64,000 nucleotides of DNA from assembly GCA_964106645.2 (NCBI GenBank), contig OZ067047.1, one strand, 5' to 3'. Every line of letters begins with the position of its first letter. Positions within the stretch are counted from its first letter, which is position 1. The stretch is from Podarcis pityusensis. Lineage: Eukaryota. This document shows, one piece after another, positions 52,001 to 62,804 of this stretch. The notes beneath the pieces are model-generated. The model was not told the DNA's origin. It saw only the letters and a list, made by a program, of their open reading frames with translations, and did not search any database. Position numbers and translations under genes: made by a program.

Positions 52001-55000
52001 TGCTGATGAACCAGTAATTCTGCCACACACCCATTTTGTTCATGCTCTCACTGACTCTACACCTCAGGAGGGCCCTTCTCCTGTCTTCAACTTCTGCTCA
52101 CTTTACCAGGCCTCATAAACCCCAGAGATGAAATTAAAGAGCTGCTGCTGTTTGGGGGCCTTTTCTCTCCCCTCACCCCGAGATACTTGGGTTTTCTGGG
52201 GAAGCTTTAGCTCAGCTCTGACTAGCTCTACCCTGGAATAGTGTTTTAATAATATAAACAAAGAACAAAAGAGTTGCTGCGAGGAAAGAAAGTAAAACTG
52301 GAAAGGAATTCTGCAGGCAAGATTAGCCTTCTATCCTGGTCTGTTCAGGAACAAATTAGGTCCTGTGTAGAGGTGAGTTCAAAGGACTGAGAACCTGCTC
52401 AAGGCAAAGGAGTTGAAAAGATGTGAGAGAAAATACATTTTGAAGAGCCTCTGCACAAGAGCTATGAAAAACCAGGAGTAGTTCCTTTGGTGAGAGAGGC
52501 TGTGTTCTTAAATTGTGCAGGCAAGATATTGTGAGTTCGGTTCCAGACCACTGCAATAAATTGAGTATTACAATAAAGCAAGTTACACTTTTTTTTTAAG
52601 TTTTCCAGTGCACATAAAAGTTAAGTTTACACTATACTGTAGTCCAGCCCGCCTGCAGGGAGGGCCGGAGGGGAAAAACCTGGCTCTAGCCTGTGGCCAG
52701 AAGAGGGATAGCAGTGACAGGGGGCTTCCTTGAGGCAACTCAGTAATTGTAATCAGCCAATCAATACATTGCTGGTACTCCCAAAGAAAATTCCCAGCCA
52801 TTCTTTGTAGAGATCATTTTGTGCTGACACGACACTTCCATAATTACAAGCACAGCTACAGGAATTAAAACTATTCAATTCTAAAGCAATGTGATTTGAG
52901 TCTGTTCATTGTTTGAAAGCCCTCCTCTGGTTAGATAGACAGTCTTGATTCAGGAATCATCACTGCATGTATACCTACCCTCAATGGCAAGGGACGGCTC
53001 CCCGCTTTTTCCTGAGGTGAGAGGCCCTGCCTCTCAGCATTCTGATTGGTCACGGTGAGAACTATGTGAGTGCCGGTGGAATCTGTGATGAGGGTGGGGG
53101 GAGGGACTCCTTTGATGAGGTTACTGAAGCCTGCACCTTGCTGGCCAATGAAGAAGCTTGAGGTCTGGCTTGGCGGCTCAGTTTCGGCAGCTGGCACCTC
53201 TTGCTTCACCATCACTGCTTTCTTTGGCACTGAACTTTCATCTGAGGTGTCCATTTGGCTAGTGGTCTGTGTGGGTTTTGATTGGTCGGTTTGGCAGTTG
53301 GGCTGCCCTGAAGATTGGCAACTCAGAAAGCCCTTTTCACTCTTGACACGGGTGCCAAAAGTGAGCGGCTCGGGGACAGTGGCTGTGCCCTCTTCTCCAA
53401 CAGACATGGCAGGCAGGAGCTGCTGAGACCGCTTTTCTTTCTCCAGCTGCAGCTTCAGCATCTCCACCAGCTGCTGCTTCTGTTTCAACATGCGGGTGAG
53501 CTCCTCAATCTGCTTATCTTTCTCCTGCAACATCTGGTCTTTATCCTGGACCTCCATGTCTTGCTGACTGTTGTTGCAGCAGAGCTCTGCCTTTGATGTT
53601 GAATTAAAGCTGCAAGTGGTGCCTCTGGAGCTCTCTTCCTTCACCAGAAATTGCACGGGAGATGCTTGCAAGGTAAGCTGAGTCAGGGGAGAGGTCACCA
53701 TCTCCCCAAAGGCATCCCCACTGGTCGAATTCTCATCCCCGGCACTCATCAGGGAGCGCTCTGAGGGGGTGGGCGACACAGGAGGAGTCGAGCCTGTGCT
53801 ACCAAACTTCATCACACCATTGCCAGCGACTGTGGCCACAACAACTTCGGCTGAAGTAATGCCAGCGCTGACCAGGGCAGGCCCTGTGCTCAGCCTGGCA
53901 GCTGGGAAGGCCACCACCACATCCGCAGCCTTGGGGAGAATTGCTGTATTGGGCTTTGGAGCGGCAGCCGCTCGGCCAGCTGCACCGTTCTGCTCCTGAT
54001 AAGCCTTGAGCCGCTCAATTAGATCCATCTTGGTGCCTGACACAGGCAGTGCTCTTAGCTTCAACTCTTGCTTCAGCTCTGCCACCTAACATAAAACAGT
54101 TTGCAGTCGATCAAAAGCTGTATCGGCTAGAACAATCTCATTTACAACACCTACTTCAATTCGTATGCAGCAATGTATACAGTTCCAAAAGAATCTAAAA
54201 TACTGTAAGAACAATGCAAAATAGTAATTAAAATAACTAGCTCATCTTTTAAAAATTTAAACAACTGAACAGGCCTCAATAGGCATAATCATCCTTCTGG
54301 CAGCAATGCTGTATTTAGCACAAAGATGGTGAACCTCTGGCCCTCCAGATGTTGAACTGCAGCTGCCATCATTCATGACTAAGGTGGCCAGTGCTCAGGG
54401 TTAACATAAGGAGGAGTTCAATGATATCTTGAGGGCTACAGGTTCTCCATCTTGCATTTACCACTTGCCGCCAGGTCCACAACTATCAGTCCAAGAGTTT
54501 CATCACAAAAGCAGAAAGGCCACTTACTTATTCAACCATCTGGTCTGAATACCAATACTGACCATCAAGTTCAGTGCTAATAGCAGCAACAGCACTTATT
54601 TTAACAAATTTATATCCTACCTTTCTAAAAGAAAATATGTGCTCACTCTTTCTTGTAACATTTATACCCCCACTTTCTTCATGAAACACCAAGCTGGCCA
54701 ATAGATGCTTTGTTTACCTTCATGTCGTCGAGATTAACAGGGAGAGCTCCTGGTTTGCCCACTGGAGTGTTGCTGTTTTGCCGCATCAATCCATTAGAAC
54801 TGGAAGAAACAGAAGAGGTGCTGCTGACAGCAGTGGAGAGACTACGCATGGGTGGGGCACTACTGCTGCTCTGCTGCTCTCCTGGAGGCCTGAAGGGAGA
54901 GGAAAGCGGGAGCTGAACATGGGCAGCGGAACTGATCACAACACTCTGTTCTTCGCCGCTACTACTGGGAAGCCCAATGGACATCCTTATGATCTCTTGA

Positions 55001-58000
55001 GAAGGTGGTCAATAGTCTGCCCTCAAGATACAGTGCTACACAAATGACCCTTCCTAGCTCCATGGTTGCTTGGAAATTCAATTTTGGCAGCCTCGGCGTG
55101 TGCTTGCCAACTGTTATTGACTGCCCTTTTTATTCTAATACAGCAGACATATCAGATATCTTGCTTCATTGCCTATATTCTGCTTGTTATGAAAACAGCC
55201 ATATATACTTGCAAAATGAAACAACGGTGTATACTGAATTCACATCAAATGAATACTGGTGATCTGATACTGAGTCAATTCTATGCACAAGCTTCCATTT
55301 CAAGTTAGAGGTGATGGACAGGACTTAGAAGAACCTTACAAAGTCATACTGCCAACCACACCTGAAATGCTTATCTAAATACTTTAAACACACAGACACT
55401 AAACTCTTGAAGAACTTCACAGCTTCTTGACTGTCCGAAGCACCTCTCCCACATGCACAAAGCAAGCTAGTTCTGAAAGCTGCAAGCACTAACATGTTTG
55501 CAATACAGTGGTGCCTCGCAAGACGAAATTAATTCGTTCCGCAAGTCTCTTCGTCTTGCGAGTTTTTCGTCTTGCGATGCACGGTTTCCCATACGAATGC
55601 ATTGAAAATCAATTAATGCGTTCCTAGGGAAACCGCCTTCAGACCAGGTCCGGGGACAGTCTGTCCCCGGACCTCTTCTGAAGGCTGGGGGGGGGGGGGG
55701 ACAAGGGCTTTTCTTCCCACCCCCAGCATTTTAAAAAACCCCAGGACAGCGGAGGACTTCTCCGCTGTCCGGGCGATCTTAAAATGCTGGCGGGCGGCAT
55801 TTTAAAATCGCCCCGGACAGCGGAGGACTTCTCCGCTGTCCGGGGCGATTTAAAAGCCCCTGGGAAGGCAGGCAGGGGGGACAAAGACTTTCGCCCCCCG
55901 CCCGCCTTCAGAAGGTGTTCCCGCCCCCCGCCCCGCTTCGGAACAGCGTTCCGAAGTGGGGCGGCTGGGGCAGGTGTTCCCGCCCCCCGCCCCGCTTCGG
56001 AACAGCGTTCCGAAGTGGGGCGGCTGGGGCAGGTGTTCCCGCCCCCCCCCCCGCCCCGCTTCAGAACAGCGTTTTAAAATGCTGGGGGTCGGGAGCGAAG
56101 CGTTCGCTGCCGACCCCCAGCATTTTAAAATCTTCCCGGGACATGGGGAGATTTTAAAATGCTGGGGGTCGGCAGCGAACGCTTCGCTCCCGACCCCCAG
56201 CATTTTAAAATCTCCCCGGGACAGGGGGAGATTTTAAAATGCTGGGGGTCGGCAGCGAACGCTTCGCTCCCGCCCGCCAGCATTTTAAGATCGCCCGGGG
56301 CAGGCGGGGGGGAAGGCAGGCAGGGGGGAGCAAAGACTTTTGCCCCCCGCCGGCCTTCAGAAGAGGTCCTCTTCTGAATGCCGGCTGTGGGCGAAAGTCT
56401 TTGCTCCCGACCGCCAGCATTTCCCTATGGGCTTTCGTCTTGCGATGCAAGCCCATAGGGAAATTCGTCTTGCGAAGCGCCTCCAAAACAGAAAACCCTT
56501 TCGTCTTGCGGGTTTTCCGTCTTGCGAGGCACCACTGTACCTACATAGGCAAGTTACTCTGAGAATGAGGGGACAGTGGATGGTGTACAACTCCCGTTCT
56601 TGGGTGGGATTGGTTGGATGGAGAGACAGATGGATACTGCTAACACAGGACCGCCCATGATTGGGGGGGGGGGGGGAGAGAAATAATAGCGTGAAGCAAC
56701 CCATACTTTGGTGGAGCTGGCAGAATGGTTTGATAGTTGTAGTGCTGCTGCTGCTGTTGATTAAGGATCTGAAGCTGCAAGAAAAGCTGTTGTTGCTGCA
56801 GGATTTTGGCATAAGATGAATCCATGGGAGGAGCTCCTTTGTCCTGTTTTTGGTCCGGCGGGATGTATTGGTGATATTTCAGCTTCTTGACTTTCGGTTT
56901 CGGTTCCTTGGATTTTTTGCTGCGCTGGGGCTTCTCGCATGAGGACTTGGACTGGCTTTGCTATTCAAAGTGAAAACACAAGTGAATCAAAGAGCGGGAA
57001 GGTAAGAATAAAGAGTGCAAATGCAGAAACAGTTATTAGTATTTGCTGTCATGCTCCATATGGCTGGTTCAAGCTACTGGCCCTTTCCAGAAAATGTAGA
57101 GCTACAAGCCACAGAAGGGAACACACAGTTAGCTTTTGCTGAATTAACTACAAATTGTTCGGGGGGGGGGGCAGGGGCGGAATACATGCCCATTATGTAA
57201 CAATACAACAGCAAATGGGAGGCTAAATCCCAACTGCTACATGTGGGATAGGGTAAGGGTGCGTTTATGGACACAGCAGTTGGAAAGGACTTTTCTTAAA
57301 AAAGGTTCCCTGCTAGCAGTTTAGCATTACAGAAGAACAAGGCCAACAATTCCCACCCAATCTTAAACATGCCCACATCCCATCAATTTAACCCCTTTAT
57401 AGAAAGGTACCTTTATAAGGGTTGGGAGTGGTTTGGCAGCAGGAGCAACAACACCATTGGTGAGATTAGGAGGCACTGGAGGCGGCAGGGGTGGCAGGGG
57501 AGTTGGTGGCTGCTCAGACAGAAAAGGGGTCTCACTGGAGTCTGCACTGATTTTCAACTGACACACGACCTGTAACAGTAAATCCAAGTATGAGATGCAC
57601 ATGCCCATATCTACACCTTTCCAAGATATGGAAGCAGCTTTATGGAGTCAAAATGTGTCGATTACATGCCACTCCCAGAGGAAAGGCAGACAAATCCCAT
57701 TTTTGCAGATTTGTTGCTTCTCACTTGCAGCTGCATGCAAAGAAACAGTACTGTGAATGGGCTCAATTCAGAGGAAGAGATACAGCTCAGTAACAGAGCA
57801 TCTGTTTTGCACGCAGAAGGTCCCAAGTTCGATTCCCTGGCATCTCCCAGGGAGGGCTGGGAATGTCTCTTCTGAAACCACTGCCAGTCAGTCTGGACAA
57901 TACTGAATGAGATGGACCATTGGTCGGCTTCAGTGTAAGGCAATTTCCTATGCTCCCAGTATCAGCTCCACTGCAGAGCAAGGCCAGGGCCTTATTTCTC

Positions 58001-61000
58001 CCCCAAACAGGATACCCCTTTGGGTTCACATTCAACTATTTTCAGCCCAAAGTAAAGGAATATAGAAGCTTTCGTTAGCATAATTTCAGTATTCAGGTGT
58101 TTCTGCTCTAATCCACAAATGACTCCTTTGGAATCCACTCCTTGCAGAGGACTTTTTTGTATCCTCCAGGAAAAGGCACCTATGTGGCTGGTGCAGGCAC
58201 CAAGGCACACAAGAGCCAAGGCTATAATAATCTCACCTGAGCAGGGGATGCTGTTGTGGGGGTGGGAAGTGACTCGCAAACTCGAGCTTCCATTGGGGAT
58301 GGCACAGATCCCTGGGATTCATGGCTAGCTGGCTGTTCTGGAGACAGGGCATCACTGCTGTCCTCATCAAAGGAGGAGCTGTCTGCTACTTTTGGGTAGT
58401 TCACTTGACCTACTGAAAATAATAAATTTTCATTTATTCACTAAACAAATGGAAAGGGGTCAAGGATGATTAGCAGAAGATGGTTCTGGACATCACAAGA
58501 AATCTGAGACAGTGAAAAACCAGACAAGCTTTAGACAATTTTTTTAAAAATCAACGTCACAACCTGAGAAGAAATAGTTAACACCAGGATTAACAAGAAT
58601 ATCATCATCTGCCTCTCTGTAGACAGGTGTAAGGAAAACTGGAGCAAGCTTTGTGTTATATCCTGCCTGAAGGCTGGAATGAACAGTTGAGATTATGAAA
58701 GCAAAAAGGAGCACTGGAGATAGATATTTTGGCAGTTGTCTTTTTTTCTTTTTTTTTTTAAGAGCATTAGAAGGAATAATCTGTGAGGCCTAACTGCTAT
58801 AGACACTTGTGTTTATTTACGATTTATATCCTTCACAAAAAATATTCCTGTATTTCTTAACAAGATTTTTTTTCTGTGAAAGGAGGTTGGGAGAAGAGAA
58901 CCAAAAGCCCATTTTTATGGGTAGAACATGAGACAAAGGAGAGTTATAAGACTGTATGACGGAGGAGAAAGACAATCCAAACCTCTAGAGTTGCTTTATG
59001 TCAGGCTTATTTCCGCTACTCCCTAACACTTCCCAGAAGATTAACGTTTTCTCATTCAAAACTATTTCCCTTTTCTTCTCTGAAGGATGCTACAGCAAAA
59101 TAGTCTACCTAAACTAACGATGAAGAGACCATACAATGGCGATTCCTCTGGCCAGAGGATGGCACTAGCAGACCACACAGCTGTTCATACTTGTTTTTAA
59201 GAAGACCAAACCTTCCAGCTTTCTCTTTTTCTCTTCTTACCCCTCTCGCTTACCAAAGCAGGACCACTCAAATGAATGGCTGTAAACAAGTAGATAGGTT
59301 TTTAGGAAGAAAAGCAGAATGTGCAAGCTAAGAGAAGACAACCACCCTACAGCAGCTTTTATAGGCATGGAGATCAACTAGTGTTTTTAATACACTGGGG
59401 TTCTGCTTCAAGTCTGCCACATGCGCTGGATAAGGTAAAATGTATACACTGCTTTCCTTGGTCCAGTGGCACAGTGAGAGGTGCTAGCAAACTGCCACAG
59501 GACCCAACACATACATGCAGGCCTCCACCTACCCCACCAGCCTTACCAATGAGAGCTTCCTTCAGGCTTGATTCTACAGGCAGAATGTTCTTCTCCACCA
59601 ATTCCATGGGACCTGGCCGCTGGGCAATCTTCTCATTGAGGTCATCGGCCAGTCTGGCCCGCTTCAACTTCAGCTGCTTGGCCTGAAGGGAAGGTTCAGC
59701 AGAGGTCTCTGCTCAGGGGAACAGCAAAAAATATGATCACCTCTCAAGTACATGACCTCGGTAAAAAGTTGGCAGTTCACCGTCTGCGTGGATACATGCC
59801 CTCCACTAAGTTCTATTTGTTGGCAGAACACTCCCCTCCATCAAGAGCAAGCTGCATACAATGGAAGTTATGTTTGGTCTGCTCTTTTAGTGTCATGAAA
59901 TTTATTTATTTTTTTAAGTTAGTAGCTCACAGTAAACTCTCTCTTTTTTTCTCAGAAAGAGCTTGAATTGGCCTGTAAAAACCAGCCTCCATTTATTGCA
60001 AGTCTCAAGCCCCCACCAAAAGAAAACTGGGCAAATGATGCACAACGGTCAGTGATGTGTTAACAAAATACCTAAGTAAGTTCTAATAATTCTGTTCCTG
60101 TGATTTATATTACCTGTTCTTAATTATGAATTTAACATTTTTGTGACTTGCCCTGGGACCCATTGGTGAAGGGCAGGTAACAATGATGATGATGATGACA
60201 ACAACAAACAAACTGCCCAATCCTGTTCCAACAGCACACTAAACTTCTACTGCCATCCCTTAAAACATTTAGAAATAATTCTCTGGAGAATTTGCTAACC
60301 TGCCACCCATCACTCCCCCCCCCCCCACTAAAGAAAAGGTATCTTAAATGATATGCAGGGGTTGCACCATGCTCATAGATGCAATGGTGTCCTTGAAGTC
60401 TTCCCCTGGTGCCTATGATGTATCTGAGGCCCCACCCCTGCCCAAGTCACAAGGTGAGGAGGATGGTTAGCTTTTTCTTCCTTGAGAAGTACATGGGGCT
60501 CAAGGAGAAAGCTGGGACCCACAGCACTTGTTCAAAAATCTATAGCAATTCAAGAATACAAACAGTGTGCCCGGAGGACCTTGATAGCAAAGTACTTTGC
60601 TCAATGTTAAAGCACTGACCCGCACCAACAATACTGGCCCAACCTGCCAGCCAGCCATCCCCAGCTGAATAAGATTAACATACAAGAGCCATGAATGTAA
60701 AGTTGTATCTATAAAGGGTGGAAATTTACAAGAGAAGACTGCACGCCAAGAATCATACCTTCCAGAATGTGCATCCTCACTAACTCTGATCTCTCTGGCC
60801 GGGACCGGATCTTCCGTTTCAGGTAGTCCTCTGTCTGCAAATATATATATATGGAAAACAGCATGCTGAACCCAAGTAGGAAGACAGGACTGAAGCAAAT
60901 AACATACATGATTTTTAACAGGGAAATTATCTTGGATTTTTAAGCATATGATGAGATATAACATTCCCACAGATTTTTACTACCCCTGCCATTGCAATAG

Positions 61001-61704
61001 GCTAATAACTCCAGAACATTTAAGCAGTATCAGAGAACCTCAAGCAGAATGGGTCACAGAACTTAAAGCACTAAGCGCTTTGAGATTCTTATGTTGTGGT
61101 ATGTTAAATTCTCAGGTTGCTGGGTATAGGGAGAAACACATCTATTGATCAGGAAACTTTGGGAAAGTCAGTTACTTATCTTGAATCCTCAGTCACCTTA
61201 CAAACTGTATAGCAAATCTGGAGTGATTTTACCCAGGCTCTAATTCTATTAACTTTAAACAAATGTTAAAGGAGAAAGAGAAAGAGAAGATAACAATTCA
61301 GCAGCCAGTGCATTCACTTCTCATCCAGCTAACAAGAGGCTCTTTTGGGAATGAACTGAAATACTCCCAAAATGAGACACGGTGCCTGCATTCAGTTTCC
61401 TTATTTCTCAAGAATCAACGTTTTCCACTTAGCTTCTGTATTATCAAGCTCTCAGCTAGAGAGAAAATCAAGCAAAGTCCAAGGTACCTGAAAGGTGCAG
61501 ACATGTTTATAATTAAGAGAAACTATCACAGGTGGTGTGCAGAATGGAAACACGCAAGATGCTCAACAGAGAAGCACTTAGAAGAATATGCAAACAGTTT
61601 TGAAAATCACAAACGCAGTAACTCTCTTGAAGCTAACTTGTGGCTTACCCTGGCCCGTTCCAAGCTCCTTCTCTGTTCATGAAATGCAGCTGGACTTTTC
61701 AGAG
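48547..61704 (-). CDS. MRTFA: Myocardin-related transcription factor A (MKL1), partial; 5' exons lie beyond the window
   Basis: complement join(61649-61704,60759-60834,59547-59708,58237-58412,57411-57569,56707-56960,54718-54889,52979-54085,51536-51631,50535-50693,49793-49969,49399-49459,48547-49058); all GT-AG, frame closes. RPEL2/3, basic KVKKLKYHQYIPP, Q-rich, SAP (VAELKQELKLRALPVSGTK), leucine zipper, C-terminus DLQLHWDSCL. Confidence 0.95.
49399..49459 (-). CDS. MRTFA: MRTFA exon
   Basis: ENGCSSQQMDDLFDILIEHG. Confidence 0.94.
49793..49969 (-). CDS. MRTFA: MRTFA exon
   Basis: LLSQPGSPAPPSPPQMDLE...KEPPGYEEAVKQQPKPLE. Confidence 0.93.
50535..50693 (-). CDS. MRTFA: MRTFA candidate extra exon (53 aa)
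   Basis: ctctccatag|VQKPGLQIVTGQLPQTVLSFSSPPNLQPFFVNGFHKGPMKASGKTGQSSMPIK|gtaccc; phase 0/0, no stop. Confidence 0.7.
50880..51100 (+). mobile_element. L2-type LINE ORF2 fragment
   Basis: Translates PLKEKVHSLGVCLDPLLSFEAQLASV...YQLQL...(LDYC)...LPLKT with stops and frameshifts; typical of the L2 post-RT region. Confidence 0.7.
51190..51420 (-). mobile_element. MIR/CORE-like SINE with nested LINE tail
   Basis: CCCCATTTCATCCTCACAACAACTCTGTGAGGTAGG...GACTGGCCCAAGATCACCCA...GGATTCAAACCC; interrupted at about 51285-51360. Confidence 0.65.
51536..51631 (-). CDS. MRTFA: MRTFA candidate extra exon (32 aa)
   Basis: cttctctctcag|RVSSPPVKASVQQPVSSSQSPLQPPPMEPTKK|gtaggg; phase 0/0. Confidence 0.72.
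52518..52644 (-). mobile_element. Tigger1-like DNA transposon terminus
   Basis: CAGGCA..AGATATTGTGAGTTCGGTTCCAGACCACTGCAATAAA...CAATAAAGCAAG...TTTCCAGTGCACATAAAAGTTAAGTTTACACTATACTGTAGTC matches the reverse complement of the Tigger1 3' end as I recall it. Confidence 0.75.
52979..54085 (-). CDS. MRTFA: MRTFA large exon (SAP domain, leucine zipper)
   Basis: gttag|VAELKQELKLR...STGSTPPVSPTPSERS...DKDQMLQEKDKQIEELTRML...PLPLR|gtaggt. Confidence 0.96.
54718..54889 (-). CDS. MRTFA: MRTFA exon
   Basis: PPGEQQ...RQNSNTPVGKPGALPVNLDDMK. Confidence 0.94.
55506..56537. mobile_element. 1032-bp non-autonomous Tc1/mariner-type element with palindrome-rich interior
   Basis: TA|CAGTGGTGCCTCGCAAGACG ... 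CGTCTTGCGAGGCACCACTG|TA (perfect 20-bp TIR, TA duplication); subterminal TCGTCTTGCG repeats; no transposase ORF. Confidence 0.9.
56707..56960 (-). CDS. MRTFA: MRTFA exon (basic and Q-rich SRF-binding region)
   Basis: QSQSKSSCEKPQRSKKSKEPKPKVKKLKYHQYIPPDQK...AKILQQQQLFLQLQILNQQQQQHYNYQTILPAPP. Confidence 0.96.
57411..57569 (-). CDS. MRTFA: MRTFA exon
   Basis: VVCQLKISADSSETPFLSEQPP...PTLIK. Confidence 0.93.
57772..57956 (+). mobile_element. Squam3-like tRNA-derived SINE
   Basis: Head AGCTCAGTAACAGAGCATCTGTTTTGCACGCAGAAGGTCCCAAGTTCGATTCCC; body CTGCCAGTCAGT..GACAATACTGA..AGATGGACCA; tail AAGGCAATTTCCTATG. Confidence 0.75.
58237..58412 (-). CDS. MRTFA: MRTFA exon
   Basis: VGQVNYPKVADSSSFDEDSSDALSPEQPASHESQGS...SPAQ. 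Confidence 0.95.
59547..59708 (-). CDS. MRTFA: MRTFA exon (RPEL3)
   Basis: ETSAEPSLQAKQLKLKRARLADDLNEKIAQRPGPMELVEKNILP. Confidence 0.96.
60759..60834 (-). CDS. MRTFA: MRTFA exon (RPEL2)
   Basis: TEDYLKRKIRSRPERSELVRMHILE. Confidence 0.96.
61649..61704 (-). CDS. MRTFA: MRTFA exon (RPEL1-2 spacer)
   Basis: caacag|xLKSPAAFHEQRRSLERAR|gtaag. Confidence 0.95.
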
Positions 61705-62509
61705 CTGTTGGAAAGATAACAATGAAGGAATTACAAGAGTTGGTCTCACACATTTCTAAACATGACCATGCTACTTAAGTGTCACCCAATTCAAAGTACA
61801 GGTGTTACAATTAAATAATACAAGATGCAGTTTCAACATGGTTTTACTGTGTTGGCAACCGCAATAAATCAGAAGCATCAGGGCCAATTTGACAACCGAG
61901 TCAGTCAATGCTTGTTAGAGAAATATATGCTTAGGATATATTCATTCTTTATTATATATAATGATTTCAAAACAGGTATCAAACCTCTTAATTCTGTTCT
62001 AGCCTTTCATAAAGTCAAGAGTCTAAAAATTTAGCATAATAAAGCCTTGGAGTTCCATTAGCAATAACCTTGGAGATAACAGTTCAAGTCTTAGCCATGT
62101 TCTTAGCGACCACATACCAGAAAAAGAGGTAGGGGTGCGTGTGTGTTTTGTTTATGGAGGCTAAGAAGAAAGAAGCAGGGTTAAGACTAGAAGATGTGAG
62201 GTGTGACGATCAAGTTGGAATCATGATGCATGCAATCTGGACTTTCGCTACTTACTCTTGGGCTATGTAATGAATATTCCTGTGCATGTGAAGAGGACAA
62301 TATTGAGACAAACCAGGATTTTGGCAATTGATGTGGGTTGCAATGCAACCTTATGACATTATGGTTCCTGTGCAATGAGACTTGGTTTTCCATTGTATAT
62401 AAAGACAGCTCTGTCTCAGTGCCAATTCAGAGAAGGCTACACAGCAAACCACCAAAGAAGAAACACTTTGTCTGCAGGCATCTCCTTCCTGGACATTTTC
62501 AGCATATGG

Positions 62510-62804
62510 ACCAGATCTTCTATCAATTTGGGATGGTTCGAATCCATACAATGGAGTAAGCTCCCATTGCTCTGTCCTAGCTTCTGCCAACCTAGCAGTT
62601 TGAAAGCATCCCAGTGTGAGTAGATAAATAGGTACTGCTGCGATGGGAAGTTTAATGGTGTTTCTGTGCGCTCTGGTTTCTGCCACGGTGTTCCCCTGCG
62701 CCAGAGGCGGTTTAGTCATGCTGGCCACATGACCCAGAAGAGTGCCAAAAACCCCATAGTAGCCTTTGACTGGCCTTAACCATTCAGGGGTCCTTTACCT
62801 TTTT
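62510..62804 (+). mobile_element. Sauria SINE (degenerate, forward)
   Basis: GCCAACCTAGCAGTTTGAAAGCA...AGTAGATAAATAGGTAC...TTTAGTCATGCTGGCCACATGACCC...GGGGTCCTTTACCTTT; reverse complement of the copy at 72-430. Confidence 0.8.

Noticed and set aside
52177-52232. Another possible MRTFA cassette exon (ccag...gtgagg on the minus strand)
   Set aside because: It has an in-frame TGA in the required phase.
53070-53999. Plus-strand ORFs
   Set aside because: Antisense shadows of the large MRTFA exon.
55640-56400. CRISPR-like array, or coding ORFs in the GC-rich repeats
   Set aside because: No unique spacers and no cas genes in a vertebrate intron. The region is enclosed by transposon TIRs, and the overlapping ORFs are by-products of GC-rich repeats.
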